Shown here piece by piece: positions 26,901-36,500 of a DNA stretch of 64,000 bases (positions are counted from its first letter, which is position 1; each line of letters begins with the position of its first letter). The notes below the pieces were generated by a model that was not told the DNA's origin, made no database searches, and saw only the letters and a program-made list of their open reading frames with translations. This stretch comes from a virus (lineage: Duplodnaviria > Caudoviricetes). The position numbers and the translations under genes were made by a program. The DNA lies in IMG/VR virus record IMGVR_UViG_3300023174_000037; one strand, written 5' to 3'.

Positions 26901-27228
26901 AAAATTAAACAATGTGGTAAACCAAGGAGATCAAATAACTGTTGTGCAGGACCCATACTATGGATTAACACCTGAACAAATTGAAGCATTGGGTCTTGCT
27001 GATCCTACTGATCCGTATATCCGTGCCAGATTGGGCATACCACAAATATCAGAAATTGAAAGACCACCGGTGGTAAACCCACTAAGTAATCAGACCATGG
27101 CAGGTACCGATGATTCTGGCGACAGCTCAGCAACTAACGAATATCTGTTTGCAGGAAACAACGAAACACCACGTCTATTGGATGCTCCGCAAAGCACTCC
27201 ACAAGATTTAAACGATTTTTTTGGATAA
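23983..27228 (+). CDS. baseplate hub protein (gp27/VgrG-like)
   Basis: Position between gp53 and gp5; NVLDKYASYTY, FTITEPTG, IVGDPAWL and FSKGKFTQEL motifs. Confidence 0.6.
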   Translation: MAQSLAYLYSERSRLFQEIANLRQQLAYAQQNNGSASIVAGIQARLASAQELLAEVDAQIQAGERDQTAGTASSGNLVRDDQLATAPGALPQAPDGAQQVLKPDGRIATTPDTSSGTSATQPGDSANGIPNVDQGLNAPTKTLSQTQATGGGQSSAVFAANDPRRLDINRPGSGVIPGPDIATPPANTQIGVGAPGEDSGQARTPNATQQEINTIFSNSPITPLPNVLDKYASYTYGVSLYLTTKEAYRSMVSTGQKNLSGCWLLMQSAGIPTGSRVPYFNNDYYIETVKLQSKIIGKGTGSNHNVVDIDFTITEPTGITLIPNLTKAIQQFYPDVAAKKSFSSIVYLMVIRFYGYDQNGNLVRGAPGNLNSANKNTDANAFVEKFFPLQIRDIKFKVGSKLVEYDVKAVGLHYNINVGSKRGSIPYNIELSGQSVNDLLNGSLAIANNPNQQDEERDREGSSNPPAPANAAAISRGTVRQGLITALNNYQRELSGPGPDCPYTYPDVYSVEFATPALKNAKVKKAGGLERSKTSNAVGQTAADQKLGSKQSVDTNSRTQGATAGMQIVQLLDQIVRNSSYLEDQQLVTYDEASGQLLRNGTAAKNVAWFKINLQATPQFDKYDPKRNDFAYNIKYIISPYRIAQLNSEYFPKPTFTGVQKEYNYWFTGKNTSVLNYEETLNNLYYITLSGVNFNKAAFVDTSGVAADDQIQKSHQTRSTESSQGADGKTNEPIANAAEQLLNPADFKESTMTIVGDPAWLQQGEAFVGRPIGSSDYFSAFLADGTINFDAGQVLYRIAFNSADDYNLNTGLQTVVGQAVSSSGSGTDATALTGRAGGPAAINRTFIAKEVYSTFSKGKFTQELKGSILLDKTTADNAAAAAATQFLQQQAITALSSSRLGSSLTAAVGGFAMPAYIPTTVNGALSAVTNSAVNYLAQNVLGGQSTRPSALPGAPTSGNQIIDLLNKKFSAPSKLNNVVNQGDQITVVQDPYYGLTPEQIEALGLADPTDPYIRARLGIPQISEIERPPVVNPLSNQTMAGTDDSGDSSATNEYLFAGNNETPRLLDAPQSTPQDLNDFFG

Positions 27229-27231
27229 AGA

Positions 27232-28884
27232 ATGTCAGAAAATACACAACGAAGTCGCGGACGTCCAGAGAACTACAAATTTGATCGTGGTGGTATGCCT
27301 GCGGAAATGGGTCCGTTTATTGGCACAGTGGTCAACAATGTAGACACTACTCGTAGCGGCCGGCTGCAAGTGTATATTGATCAATTTGGAGCTACCAACA
27401 AAGACGGCACTCCAAGTCTTGGTGATCCTAGCTTGTGGCGCACAGTGAGTTATTGCCCGCCTTTTTACGGAGCAACTGTGCCATTGGGAACCAGCGCAGG
27501 AGTTGGCACATATCCGGGCAACAGCAACAGTTATGGCATGTGGTTTACTCCGCCTGATATTGGAGTTCAAGTTTTGTGTTTCTTTGTAGGCGGCGATCCT
27601 GGCAAAGGATATTATGTAGGGTGTGTACCAACAAACGGAATCAATCGTATGATTCCAGCAATTGGTGCAGTTGACACAAAAGAATATGCGTTGTCGGCTT
27701 CTGCCAAGGCATCAGGACTGTTCAATGATGCTAAACAATTGCCTGTTATAGAAATTAACGAACTAAACAAAGGCATTAATCAAAATCCCAAGTTTTATGA
27801 TCAACAAAAACCAGTGCAAAACGTCATTGCTGGTACATTCTTACAACAAGGGTTGATTACTGATACTGTTCGTGGTCCTATAAAAAGTAGTAGCCAACGA
27901 GAAAGTCCCAGTTCAGTCTACGGAATCAGCACACCCGGAAAGCCAATATATCAAGGTGGCTTGAAACCAGAAACTATCAAAAAACAATTAGAAACAGGCG
28001 CAGTTAAACCGCAAGACATAGTGGTAATTGGTCGTATGGGCGGCCACACTTTGGTTATGGATGACGGAGACCTATCGGGCAAAGATACCTTGGTTCGCAT
28101 CCGTACAGCCAAAGGACATCAGATAACCATGAGTGACGATGGCAATTGTTTTTATATCTGTCATGCTAATGGACAAAGCTGGATTGAATTAGGACAAAAT
28201 GGAACCATAGATCTTTACAGCACCAACTCGGTCAATGTCAGAACACAAGGCACACTAAACTTACATGCCGACAAAGACATCAACCTGTATGCAGGCGGCA
28301 GTATCAAAGCAAAAGCTCAAGCTGAGTTCAAGCTGGAAGGTGTTGCAGGTATAACTATGAACTCCTCTCAAGCAATATCCATGTATGGGCAAACTAAGGT
28401 TGGCATACGAAGTGATGGCGCATTGGCATTGCAAAGCAAAACCGGCAGTTGGAATGGTGGAGGAAGTTTAAATTTCAAAGCATCAGTCATTAACTTAAAT
28501 GGCGGAAAGGCCTCTCCGGTTACCCCAGTGAGATCAATGACTGGATTTAAATTAGCCGATACTAGATGGATTGAAAATAAAGGCTGGACATCACAACCAG
28601 GCGTTTTATCAACTATTGTTACCAGAGCTCCCACTCATGAACCATTTAAAGGACACAACAGTGGAGTTGATGTTACTACTAATTTAAATGATTTGTCGGC
28701 CAATGCCATTGCTACATCTACGTCTACTAGCACAGTTACTCTTCCAACTGTGGCAAGTAATACTGACTTAGCCAAAATTGGTTTCAACAGAATAGCAACA
28801 AGACCAGTTGCAAAGCCGTTGACCAAGGCTGAATTTATTGGAACAACACCAGCAACCTCAACCGTACCGGCGGAAACAGCATGA
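27232..28884 (+). CDS. gp5: baseplate central spike (gp5-like, OB fold plus beta-helix, no lysozyme domain)
   Basis: GTVVNNVDTTRSGRLQVYI, YGMWFTPPDIGVQVLCFF, RMGGHTLVMDDG, RTAKGHQITMSD, beta-helix repeats and RAPTHEPF. Confidence 0.8.
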   Translation: MSENTQRSRGRPENYKFDRGGMPAEMGPFIGTVVNNVDTTRSGRLQVYIDQFGATNKDGTPSLGDPSLWRTVSYCPPFYGATVPLGTSAGVGTYPGNSNSYGMWFTPPDIGVQVLCFFVGGDPGKGYYVGCVPTNGINRMIPAIGAVDTKEYALSASAKASGLFNDAKQLPVIEINELNKGINQNPKFYDQQKPVQNVIAGTFLQQGLITDTVRGPIKSSSQRESPSSVYGISTPGKPIYQGGLKPETIKKQLETGAVKPQDIVVIGRMGGHTLVMDDGDLSGKDTLVRIRTAKGHQITMSDDGNCFYICHANGQSWIELGQNGTIDLYSTNSVNVRTQGTLNLHADKDINLYAGGSIKAKAQAEFKLEGVAGITMNSSQAISMYGQTKVGIRSDGALALQSKTGSWNGGGSLNFKASVINLNGGKASPVTPVRSMTGFKLADTRWIENKGWTSQPGVLSTIVTRAPTHEPFKGHNSGVDVTTNLNDLSANAIATSTSTSTVTLPTVASNTDLAKIGFNRIATRPVAKPLTKAEFIGTTPATSTVPAETA

Positions 28885-29729
28885 CCACTATACTAACCAC
28901 AGGACAAGTTACAGCACTCGTAGCTCAGGCTAGAGCAGCGGCCTCTTATACTTCTACAGACATCACTGGAGAATTATTACCAGACTGGTATATTGCCACC
29001 AATGGTGAGGCGGTATATGCTGGCCCAGAAATATCTGACAGAGGAATAGGGCTGTATGGACAAACACCGGCTGGATTGGTCTTGGTTGGTTTGTTAAAAC
29101 CTGCTGCCTTGAGTCTTATGACAGACCCTAGTATGACGTTTGCTGTGTTGAATTCTCCAATATCGTGGACCGGAGCATACAGTATCAATAGTCTGGCAGA
29201 TTATCTAGATTCTCCTATACTACAAGGGCAAGTCCAAGTGGCCTTGTATGACGGAGCATATCAAGGACTTGTTGACTATCAAGTAATACTGGGCGACGAA
29301 GACGCTAGATATATTGCTGCTTTCCTGCAACCTGCAGTTAGATATGGCGTGGATGCAGTAGTGTCCTACATTCAAGGAACAGCAGATTCTCAGTTGTCCT
29401 CAGCTGTGGAAATTGCCGGTCGCCAGGGAATTTATGCTATAGATTTTGTTGATACCTATGGTGAGGAATTACAGTTAGCGGCAGCACCTGCAAGTTCAAA
29501 CAATACAGTAATCAGAGATCAAATTGATCAAGCCATTCGAGACATAATTGATAATCCCAAAATACCCACATTAGAATATGCCAATATTGCGGCTATAGAA
29601 GCTGATGTTGTTGCCTCGGCCAAAGCCGCTGAGCTAATAGCTGATGTTGGCAACATAATCATACCTATACCGCCAACCAATGATGACGATGGAACTTTCC
29701 GCTTTTCGCGTGGGTCAAGACGAGGTTAA
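28881..29729 (+). CDS. hypothetical baseplate-associated protein
   Basis: 282 aa ORF coupled (ATGA) to gp5 and upstream of gp25. Confidence 0.55.
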   Translation: MTTILTTGQVTALVAQARAAASYTSTDITGELLPDWYIATNGEAVYAGPEISDRGIGLYGQTPAGLVLVGLLKPAALSLMTDPSMTFAVLNSPISWTGAYSINSLADYLDSPILQGQVQVALYDGAYQGLVDYQVILGDEDARYIAAFLQPAVRYGVDAVVSYIQGTADSQLSSAVEIAGRQGIYAIDFVDTYGEELQLAAAPASSNNTVIRDQIDQAIRDIIDNPKIPTLEYANIAAIEADVVASAKAAELIADVGNIIIPIPPTNDDDGTFRFSRGSRRG

Positions 29730-29732
29730 ATA
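29727..29732 (+). promoter_or_regulatory. late promoter core TAAATA (gp25)
   Basis: 7 nt before ATG 29740; a further copy at 30136-30141 precedes gp6. Confidence 0.55.
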
Positions 29733-29739
29733 GTAGACT

Positions 29740-30114
29740 ATGCCAACATTTATTGGATTTAACACTCAGGATCAATACAAAAAGTTTACATTGTTAGATG
29801 AAGACTTGGTCAAGCGCGACTTGTTAAACGGCCTAAACATTAGACAAGGTCAATTGCCAGGTCGTCCACAATTTGGCACTACACTGTGGGAAAATTTATT
29901 TGAAAATCAGTCACCTGCGTTGGTTACTGCTATAGAAAACGAAATTCAACGAGTTGCCGGATATGACCCACGCATACAGATATTTGAGACACAGATTTTT
30001 CCGCAAGAAAACGGAATATTAATACAGGTGCAATTGGCTGTGGTTCCTAACTCCACTGCACAACAACTGAGTATATTTTTTAATCAGCAACAACGCCGCG
30101 CAAGTTATGTTTAA
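29740..30114 (+). CDS. gp25: baseplate wedge / sheath initiator (gp25-like)
   Basis: DEDLVKRDLLN...GQLPGRPQFGTTLWENLFE...YDPRI pattern. Confidence 0.88.
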   Translation: MPTFIGFNTQDQYKKFTLLDEDLVKRDLLNGLNIRQGQLPGRPQFGTTLWENLFENQSPALVTAIENEIQRVAGYDPRIQIFETQIFPQENGILIQVQLAVVPNSTAQQLSIFFNQQQRRASYV

Positions 30115-30159
30115 CTGAGCCGTTTTTGATTTCCATAAATACAAGAACACAGGATCATT

Positions 30160-33100
30160 ATGGCATCTACAACTAGACAAACAGTAATTTTTGGCGTTGA
30201 GGATTGGAAAAGAATCTATCAAACGTACCAAGAGGCGGATTTTCAAAGCTATGACTTTGAAACCTTACGCAAAAGTTTTGTAGATTATCTGCGCCTATAC
30301 TATCCAGAAACATTCAACGATTACATTGAAAGTTCAGAATTTATTGCCTTGCTAGACGTTATGGCCTTTATGGGTCAAAGTTTGGCATTCCGCACCGATT
30401 TAAACACACGTGAAAACTACATTGACAGTGCTGAACGTAGAGACAGTGTGGTACGCTTGGCCAACTTGGTCAGCTACACGCCTAAACGCAATATAGAAGC
30501 AAGCGGTTATCTCAAAGTATTTTCAGTCTCAACCACGGAAGATGTCACCGATATCAACGGTATTGACCTGGCCAACGTAACAGTTAACTGGGCAGACCCT
30601 ACAAACTTCAGCTGGCAAGAACAGTTTACAGCAATTATAAATGCCGCCTTGATTGATGCACAGCGAGTAGGTGTTCCGGGTGCCAGAGCAACCATCCTTG
30701 GTGTTGACACCGCGGAATATAGTATTAATCTTGTGCCCGGTTACTTGCCAGTGGTGCCATATACTGCCACAGTTGACGGAATTAACATGCCATTTGAAGC
30801 AGTTACTTCTACAATCATAGGACAAGAATATGTGTATGAACCTAGTCCTAGACCCAGCGGACGATTTAATATATTATTCCGCAATGATCAATTGGGATTT
30901 TCTAGTGCCAACACTGGATATTTTTTCTTGTTCAAACAAGGCACATTACAGAATCAAGATTTTAACTTGGCCGACCGTGTCAGCAATCGCACAGTAGATA
31001 TCAACATTGAGGGTGTCAACAATACCGATGTTTGGTTGTATCAATTAGACAACGTGGGCAGCATTGCCACTGAATGGCAATATGTTCCCAGTGTCTATGG
31101 TGTTGCTGCAGAACAAACATCCCCTGGAGCTCGTCCCTTGTTTAGTGTGACCAGCAGAACCAACGATCAAATAACGTTAACATTTGGTGATGGAGTGTTT
31201 AGTGAAATTCCGGTTGGAACATTCCGCAACTATGTTCGTGCATCAAATGGATTGCAATACATCATCAATCCACAAGAAATGCAAAGTATTGCTATACCTA
31301 TTAGCTATGTGAGTCGTACCGGACAACTACAAACTTTGACATTCACTTGCGGAATTACAACACCAGTGTCAAACGCACAGCCACGCGAAACTCTTGCTCA
31401 AATCAAAGCCAATGCTCCTGCAAGATACTACACACAAAATCGTATGGTCAATGGCGAAGATTATAATAATTTTCCGCACACTGCTTACAACTCAATTTTA
31501 AAAAGCAAAGCACTGAATCGTGCCAGTATTGGGGTCAGCCGTTATCTTGACCTAGTAGACAACACTGGGAAATATTCCAGCACCAACACTTTCAGCAGTG
31601 ACGGAGCCTTGTATCAAAATTACAGCTTGCCTACTTTCCAATTCATTACACAAACCACTAACGAAACCAATAGTGTTATTTTGAACGAAGTTCAACCGTT
31701 GCTGGCCAGAAGCCAAGCACAACAATTTTATTACGCACAATTTCCAAGAGCTGAGTTAACTTCGTCGTTGATAACTTGGCGTCTTAGCACAAGTCAAGCT
31801 GGCAGTGCCACTGGCTACTTTGCAAACTCATTCGGAAATCCAGTAGCAATCAACGGCACTACATCGTCTAACGCTAGATATATCACTGTAGGAAGTCTTG
31901 TGAAATTTGCTGCACCAGCAGGCTATTACTTTGATGCCAACAATCGTTTACAAGTTGGCTCTCCAACCCTGGCAGATGAAAAACTTACTATTTGGGCCAG
32001 TCCATTAGAAATATATCTTGATGGAACCAACCAAGGCGAAGGTAACTTTCCTAGTGGGCTAGGTCCTGTTGTGATAAACGATTATGTGCCTACTGGCGCA
32101 ATCGCTGTTCAAGTTATACCTATTTTTGTTAAAGAAATACCAAATAGTTTGCAAACCAGTATGGCCGAGCAAATTACTTTAAAAAGAAACTTTGGTCTAG
32201 GCTACGATAGTCTTGGCACAATCACCGGAACCTCTGGCACATGGTATCTAATAACCACAACGAATTTGGATGTTGATGCACCGTGGAGTCAAGCCAATGC
32301 TGGCAATACATCCGGTGCTGGACTGGATGCAAGTTGGTTTATTGAATTTGTGTTCAACAGCGGATTTTACACTGTTAGTTTCCGTGCGCTTGATTATTAT
32401 TTTGGAAGTGTAACTCAAACTAGATTTTTCTTCAGTGGTGATCAATTGGTTTACGACAGCAGAACCGGCACGACTATTAGCGACTTTATAAATGTGTTAA
32501 AAACCAACAGTCAGCCTACATCAGCGGCCCCACTGGGGTCAGACATTATAACTAAAATAGTAGGACAACCTATACAAATTGACGGCTTGGTTGACGACTA
32601 TCAGGTGTTGGTATCGTTCTCAGACAGAAACAACGATGGTGTACCAGACAATCCTGACTTCTTTCAAGAAGTTGTTGGACCAGTGCCCAATCCAGCATCG
32701 GCTGTGAGCCCATGGGTATTTTTAAAACGCATTGTAGATTTTGATAATTTGCAAAGATATGTATTAATTGATTCGGGCATAGTCAACAGTCAGTATGCTA
32801 CAGAAAATGATGTGTTAGCAGTTCTAGCTGAATATGTCCCAGGTCAAGTATTTTACACCTATACAGACGATGCATTTTATATACTGGTAGCGGATGTTAC
32901 AACCGGTGTTCGTTCGTTGGCAGCAACTGACGAATATATTGCTCAAACTGGACGACAGAACTTGTTTTTCCAATACAGGCACAACAGTCCGCTGACCAAC
33001 CGAATTGATCCAGGTACTACCAATATCATTGATGTGTATGTAGTGACCAACGAATACTACATAGCCTACACAAATTATATTCAAGATACTACAAACACAG

Positions 33101-33594
33101 TTACGGAACCTCAACCACCCACTCTTGATTTTTTAAACACTGCCTATGCTGGGTTAAACAATTATAAAATGTTGTCAGACACCATGATCATGAACAGTGT
33201 GCAATTCCAGCCTCTGTTTGGAGCCAAGGCATTGCCTGAACTTCAAGCAACAATTAAAGTTATACGTGCGGCACAGAGCGTGGCCAGCACTAGCGAAATT
33301 CAAAACTTGGTAGTGCAATATCTCAATCAATATTTTAGTTTGGATCTATGGGACTTTGGTGACACATTCTATTTCTCAGAGCTGTCAGGTTTCTTGCATG
33401 ACAAGTTGGCTGGCATTGTGAGTAGCGTAGTTTTGGTTCCTCTCAACCAGGATAAGTATTTTGGAAGCCTATACGAGATTCGTTGTGCCCCAAATCAAAT
33501 ATTTGTGAACGGAGCCACTGTGCAAAATGTTGAAGTAATTACTGCATTGACTAGTACCAATATACGAACTGCTCCTGGCAGCGGAGTAATTTAA
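30160..33594 (+). CDS. gp6: baseplate wedge protein (gp6-like)
   Basis: DFETLRKSFVDYL, FNDYIESSEFIALLD, LANLVSYTPKR, ITLTFGDGVFSEIP and QNRMVNGEDYN. Confidence 0.88.
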   Translation: MASTTRQTVIFGVEDWKRIYQTYQEADFQSYDFETLRKSFVDYLRLYYPETFNDYIESSEFIALLDVMAFMGQSLAFRTDLNTRENYIDSAERRDSVVRLANLVSYTPKRNIEASGYLKVFSVSTTEDVTDINGIDLANVTVNWADPTNFSWQEQFTAIINAALIDAQRVGVPGARATILGVDTAEYSINLVPGYLPVVPYTATVDGINMPFEAVTSTIIGQEYVYEPSPRPSGRFNILFRNDQLGFSSANTGYFFLFKQGTLQNQDFNLADRVSNRTVDINIEGVNNTDVWLYQLDNVGSIATEWQYVPSVYGVAAEQTSPGARPLFSVTSRTNDQITLTFGDGVFSEIPVGTFRNYVRASNGLQYIINPQEMQSIAIPISYVSRTGQLQTLTFTCGITTPVSNAQPRETLAQIKANAPARYYTQNRMVNGEDYNNFPHTAYNSILKSKALNRASIGVSRYLDLVDNTGKYSSTNTFSSDGALYQNYSLPTFQFITQTTNETNSVILNEVQPLLARSQAQQFYYAQFPRAELTSSLITWRLSTSQAGSATGYFANSFGNPVAINGTTSSNARYITVGSLVKFAAPAGYYFDANNRLQVGSPTLADEKLTIWASPLEIYLDGTNQGEGNFPSGLGPVVINDYVPTGAIAVQVIPIFVKEIPNSLQTSMAEQITLKRNFGLGYDSLGTITGTSGTWYLITTTNLDVDAPWSQANAGNTSGAGLDASWFIEFVFNSGFYTVSFRALDYYFGSVTQTRFFFSGDQLVYDSRTGTTISDFINVLKTNSQPTSAAPLGSDIITKIVGQPIQIDGLVDDYQVLVSFSDRNNDGVPDNPDFFQEVVGPVPNPASAVSPWVFLKRIVDFDNLQRYVLIDSGIVNSQYATENDVLAVLAEYVPGQVFYTYTDDAFYILVADVTTGVRSLAATDEYIAQTGRQNLFFQYRHNSPLTNRIDPGTTNIIDVYVVTNEYYIAYTNYIQDTTNTVTEPQPPTLDFLNTAYAGLNNYKMLSDTMIMNSVQFQPLFGAKALPELQATIKVIRAAQSVASTSEIQNLVVQYLNQYFSLDLWDFGDTFYFSELSGFLHDKLAGIVSSVVLVPLNQDKYFGSLYEIRCAPNQIFVNGATVQNVEVITALTSTNIRTAPGSGVI

Positions 33595-36500
33595 TGGCTC
33601 GTACCAGATCAGTAGATTTCTTACCAGAAATCTTTCAAACCTCTACCAACCGACAAGTGTTAGCTGCAACCTTGGATCAAATGATCCAAGAACCTCAGCT
33701 GAAGCAAATACAAGGATTTGTAGGACGACGTGTTGGTCCTGGAGTTATTCCAGGAGATTATTATGTTGCAGAACCCACAGCAACCCGAACCAATTATCAA
33801 CTTGAGCCAGGTGTGGTCCAGATTGATCCAACTGATAGTAAAAAAGTAGTTGATGCCATAACATATCCTGGCATAACAGATGCTTTAAATCTACAAGGCG
33901 CAGTTACTCAGAACGCTGATCAGCTTTACACCAGCGAGTATTATGCATGGGATCCGTTTGTAGATTTTGACAAGTATGTAAATTATGCACAGTATTATTG
34001 GTTACCTGGTGGTCCAGATGCTGTTGATGTGTTTACAGGAGCAAAACCTCTTACCGACAATTTTGTAGTTACTAGAGCCAATGGCAATTATACATTTTCA
34101 GGTGAGTCCGGAGAGAATCCTACTTTAACATTGGTGCGCGGTGGCAGTTATACATTCCAAATAGCGCAAAATGAAGCAAGCAGTGTCAATTTCCGTGTAT
34201 CAAATCAAGGTACCAGTGCTTGGGTAATCGATTATGTAAATAATCCCACGTTGACTTTGGTGCGTGGTAACACCTATACATTTACCCTGGTATCTACTCC
34301 AGCATTGCCGTTCTACATCAAAACACAACAAACGTTGGGCATCAACAATTTGTTCACGGATGGTGTAACTAACAATGGTGCAGCCACAGGAACAATAACT
34401 TTTGTTGTGCCACAAAATGCACCTGATACATTATACTACAACAATTCTACACAGATGAACATGCAAGGTGTGTTTACGATTGTAGATGCTAGTCCTGGCA
34501 CTGGTCCAAATTTTTGGATTCAAACAAGTCCTGGCGTAAACGGCCGCATACCTGCCACGCCTAACATTAGCAGTCGACTTGGCCCAGTAAATGGAGTAAC
34601 CAACAATGGCATTGATCTTGGCACAATAACTTTTGAAGTTCCATCAAAGAATGATCAAGATTTTTATTATAGTCTTCCTTATATCAATACCAATGGCGGC
34701 CAGGTAAATCTTATAACTGATTTGCAATTTGATCAACTTAACAATGTGTTTGTTGATCAGTTCTTGGCTGAATATCCAAACGGTATTGACGGCATTACAA
34801 ATCTACAAGGCCGCACAATTGTTTTTACAGAACCCGACCCAGATCCGTCGGCAGGCGGCTGGCTGGTTAAATCACAGTTTGACCCATTGGTCAGAACAGC
34901 ACCGCCTGCAACCCCAGTGATAGCAGGCCCAGGATCTTTTGATAGCTTAGAATTTGATCAGACTACACCAATTGCAGATGTGGCAATTCAGCGCAGTGTT
35001 TGGCAAATACAATATGTAACTGCCGATGGCGGAGGCCAGTATATGCGTTTGACCAGCATATACGACATACCGGATTTGTATAAATTCAATATTCAATTTG
35101 GTGAAGTATATTCCAGCACCAGTTGGTACAAAGACGAAAATGGTGCTTTCCAACAAATTCCGTTGTTGGCAGCAATTCAAGACAGACTGTATTATCAAGA
35201 TGGCATTGATCCTGGTATATTTGGCGAAATAAATGTTATTGATCAAAGTGCCGCTGACTCGTTGGATATTTTAGATATACTTGGCAAGAAAAATTATATC
35301 AGCCCCAACGGTGTGGTGTTTACCAATGGACTCAAAGTTCAATTCAATGGATCAGTGGTCCCTGCTGGTTATCAAGGAAATAACTATTATGTTGAAGGGG
35401 TGGGCACGGCCATACAATTGTTGCCAGTTACAGATTTTGTAACACCTGAAACGTATACACAAAGTAGTTCGGTACCATACGACAGCACTCTTTATGATTT
35501 TGGAAATTATGATGCCAGTTTAAATCAACCAGCACAACCAGATTATTTGACGATTAATCGATCAAGTCCTGATTTAAACCCATGGACACGCAGTAACCGC
35601 TGGTTTCATGTCAGCGTAATTGAACAGTCAGCCGCATACAACAACAGTGTATTAATTGTAGACAATGCACTTCGAGCTCGTCGACCTATATTGGAATTCC
35701 GCGGCGGAACCCGGTTAATTGATTTTGGCACCAAAGGTAAACAACCAGTAGACATTATTGATTTGACAAATACAGATGCGTTCAGCACAGTCAACGGCGC
35801 TACTGGCTACGGTGTTGATGGATATAACTTAATAAACGGTAGTCGCATTATATTTGCCGCAGACATTGACCCAGATGTGCGTGATAAAATATATGTGGTA
35901 GAATTTATAACACCTGACACTGTGCCTCCGTTGATAGCTGAACCAGTGATCAATCTAGTACCAGCAACAGATGCAGATGTATTGGTTGATAATAGCGTGG
36001 TATGCCTCAGCGGGCTTACACTGCAAGGCAAAAGTTTTTGGTTTGATGGAGTTAGTTGGATCACTAGTCAACAAAAAACGTCAGTTAATCAAGCTCCTTT
36101 ATTTGATGTTTATGATGCCAATGGTGTAAGTTTTTCTGATCCTATTGTATATCCTAGTAGTGATTTTAGAGGATCTAAATTATTTTCTTATGCTCCGTCT
36201 AGCAATGGTAAAGATCCTGTATTAGGGTTTGCTATCAAGTATCTAAGTTTGTCAAACATTGGCGACATAGTGTTTGACAATAATTTATACACTGACACTT
36301 TTAACTATACTGTAGACAGTGTAGGGTATACTAAAAATATTAGTCTAGGATTTGTTCGCGAGTATCAAGACCGAGTTACCTACCAGCGTGAGTTGGGCTG
36401 GCAAACTGCTGTAGTTCCAAGCCGTGCAAGACAACAATTCCAATTTAACTATGATGGCACTCCATTACAACTTGATGTTGCGGCCTTGTCTAGCACAGTA

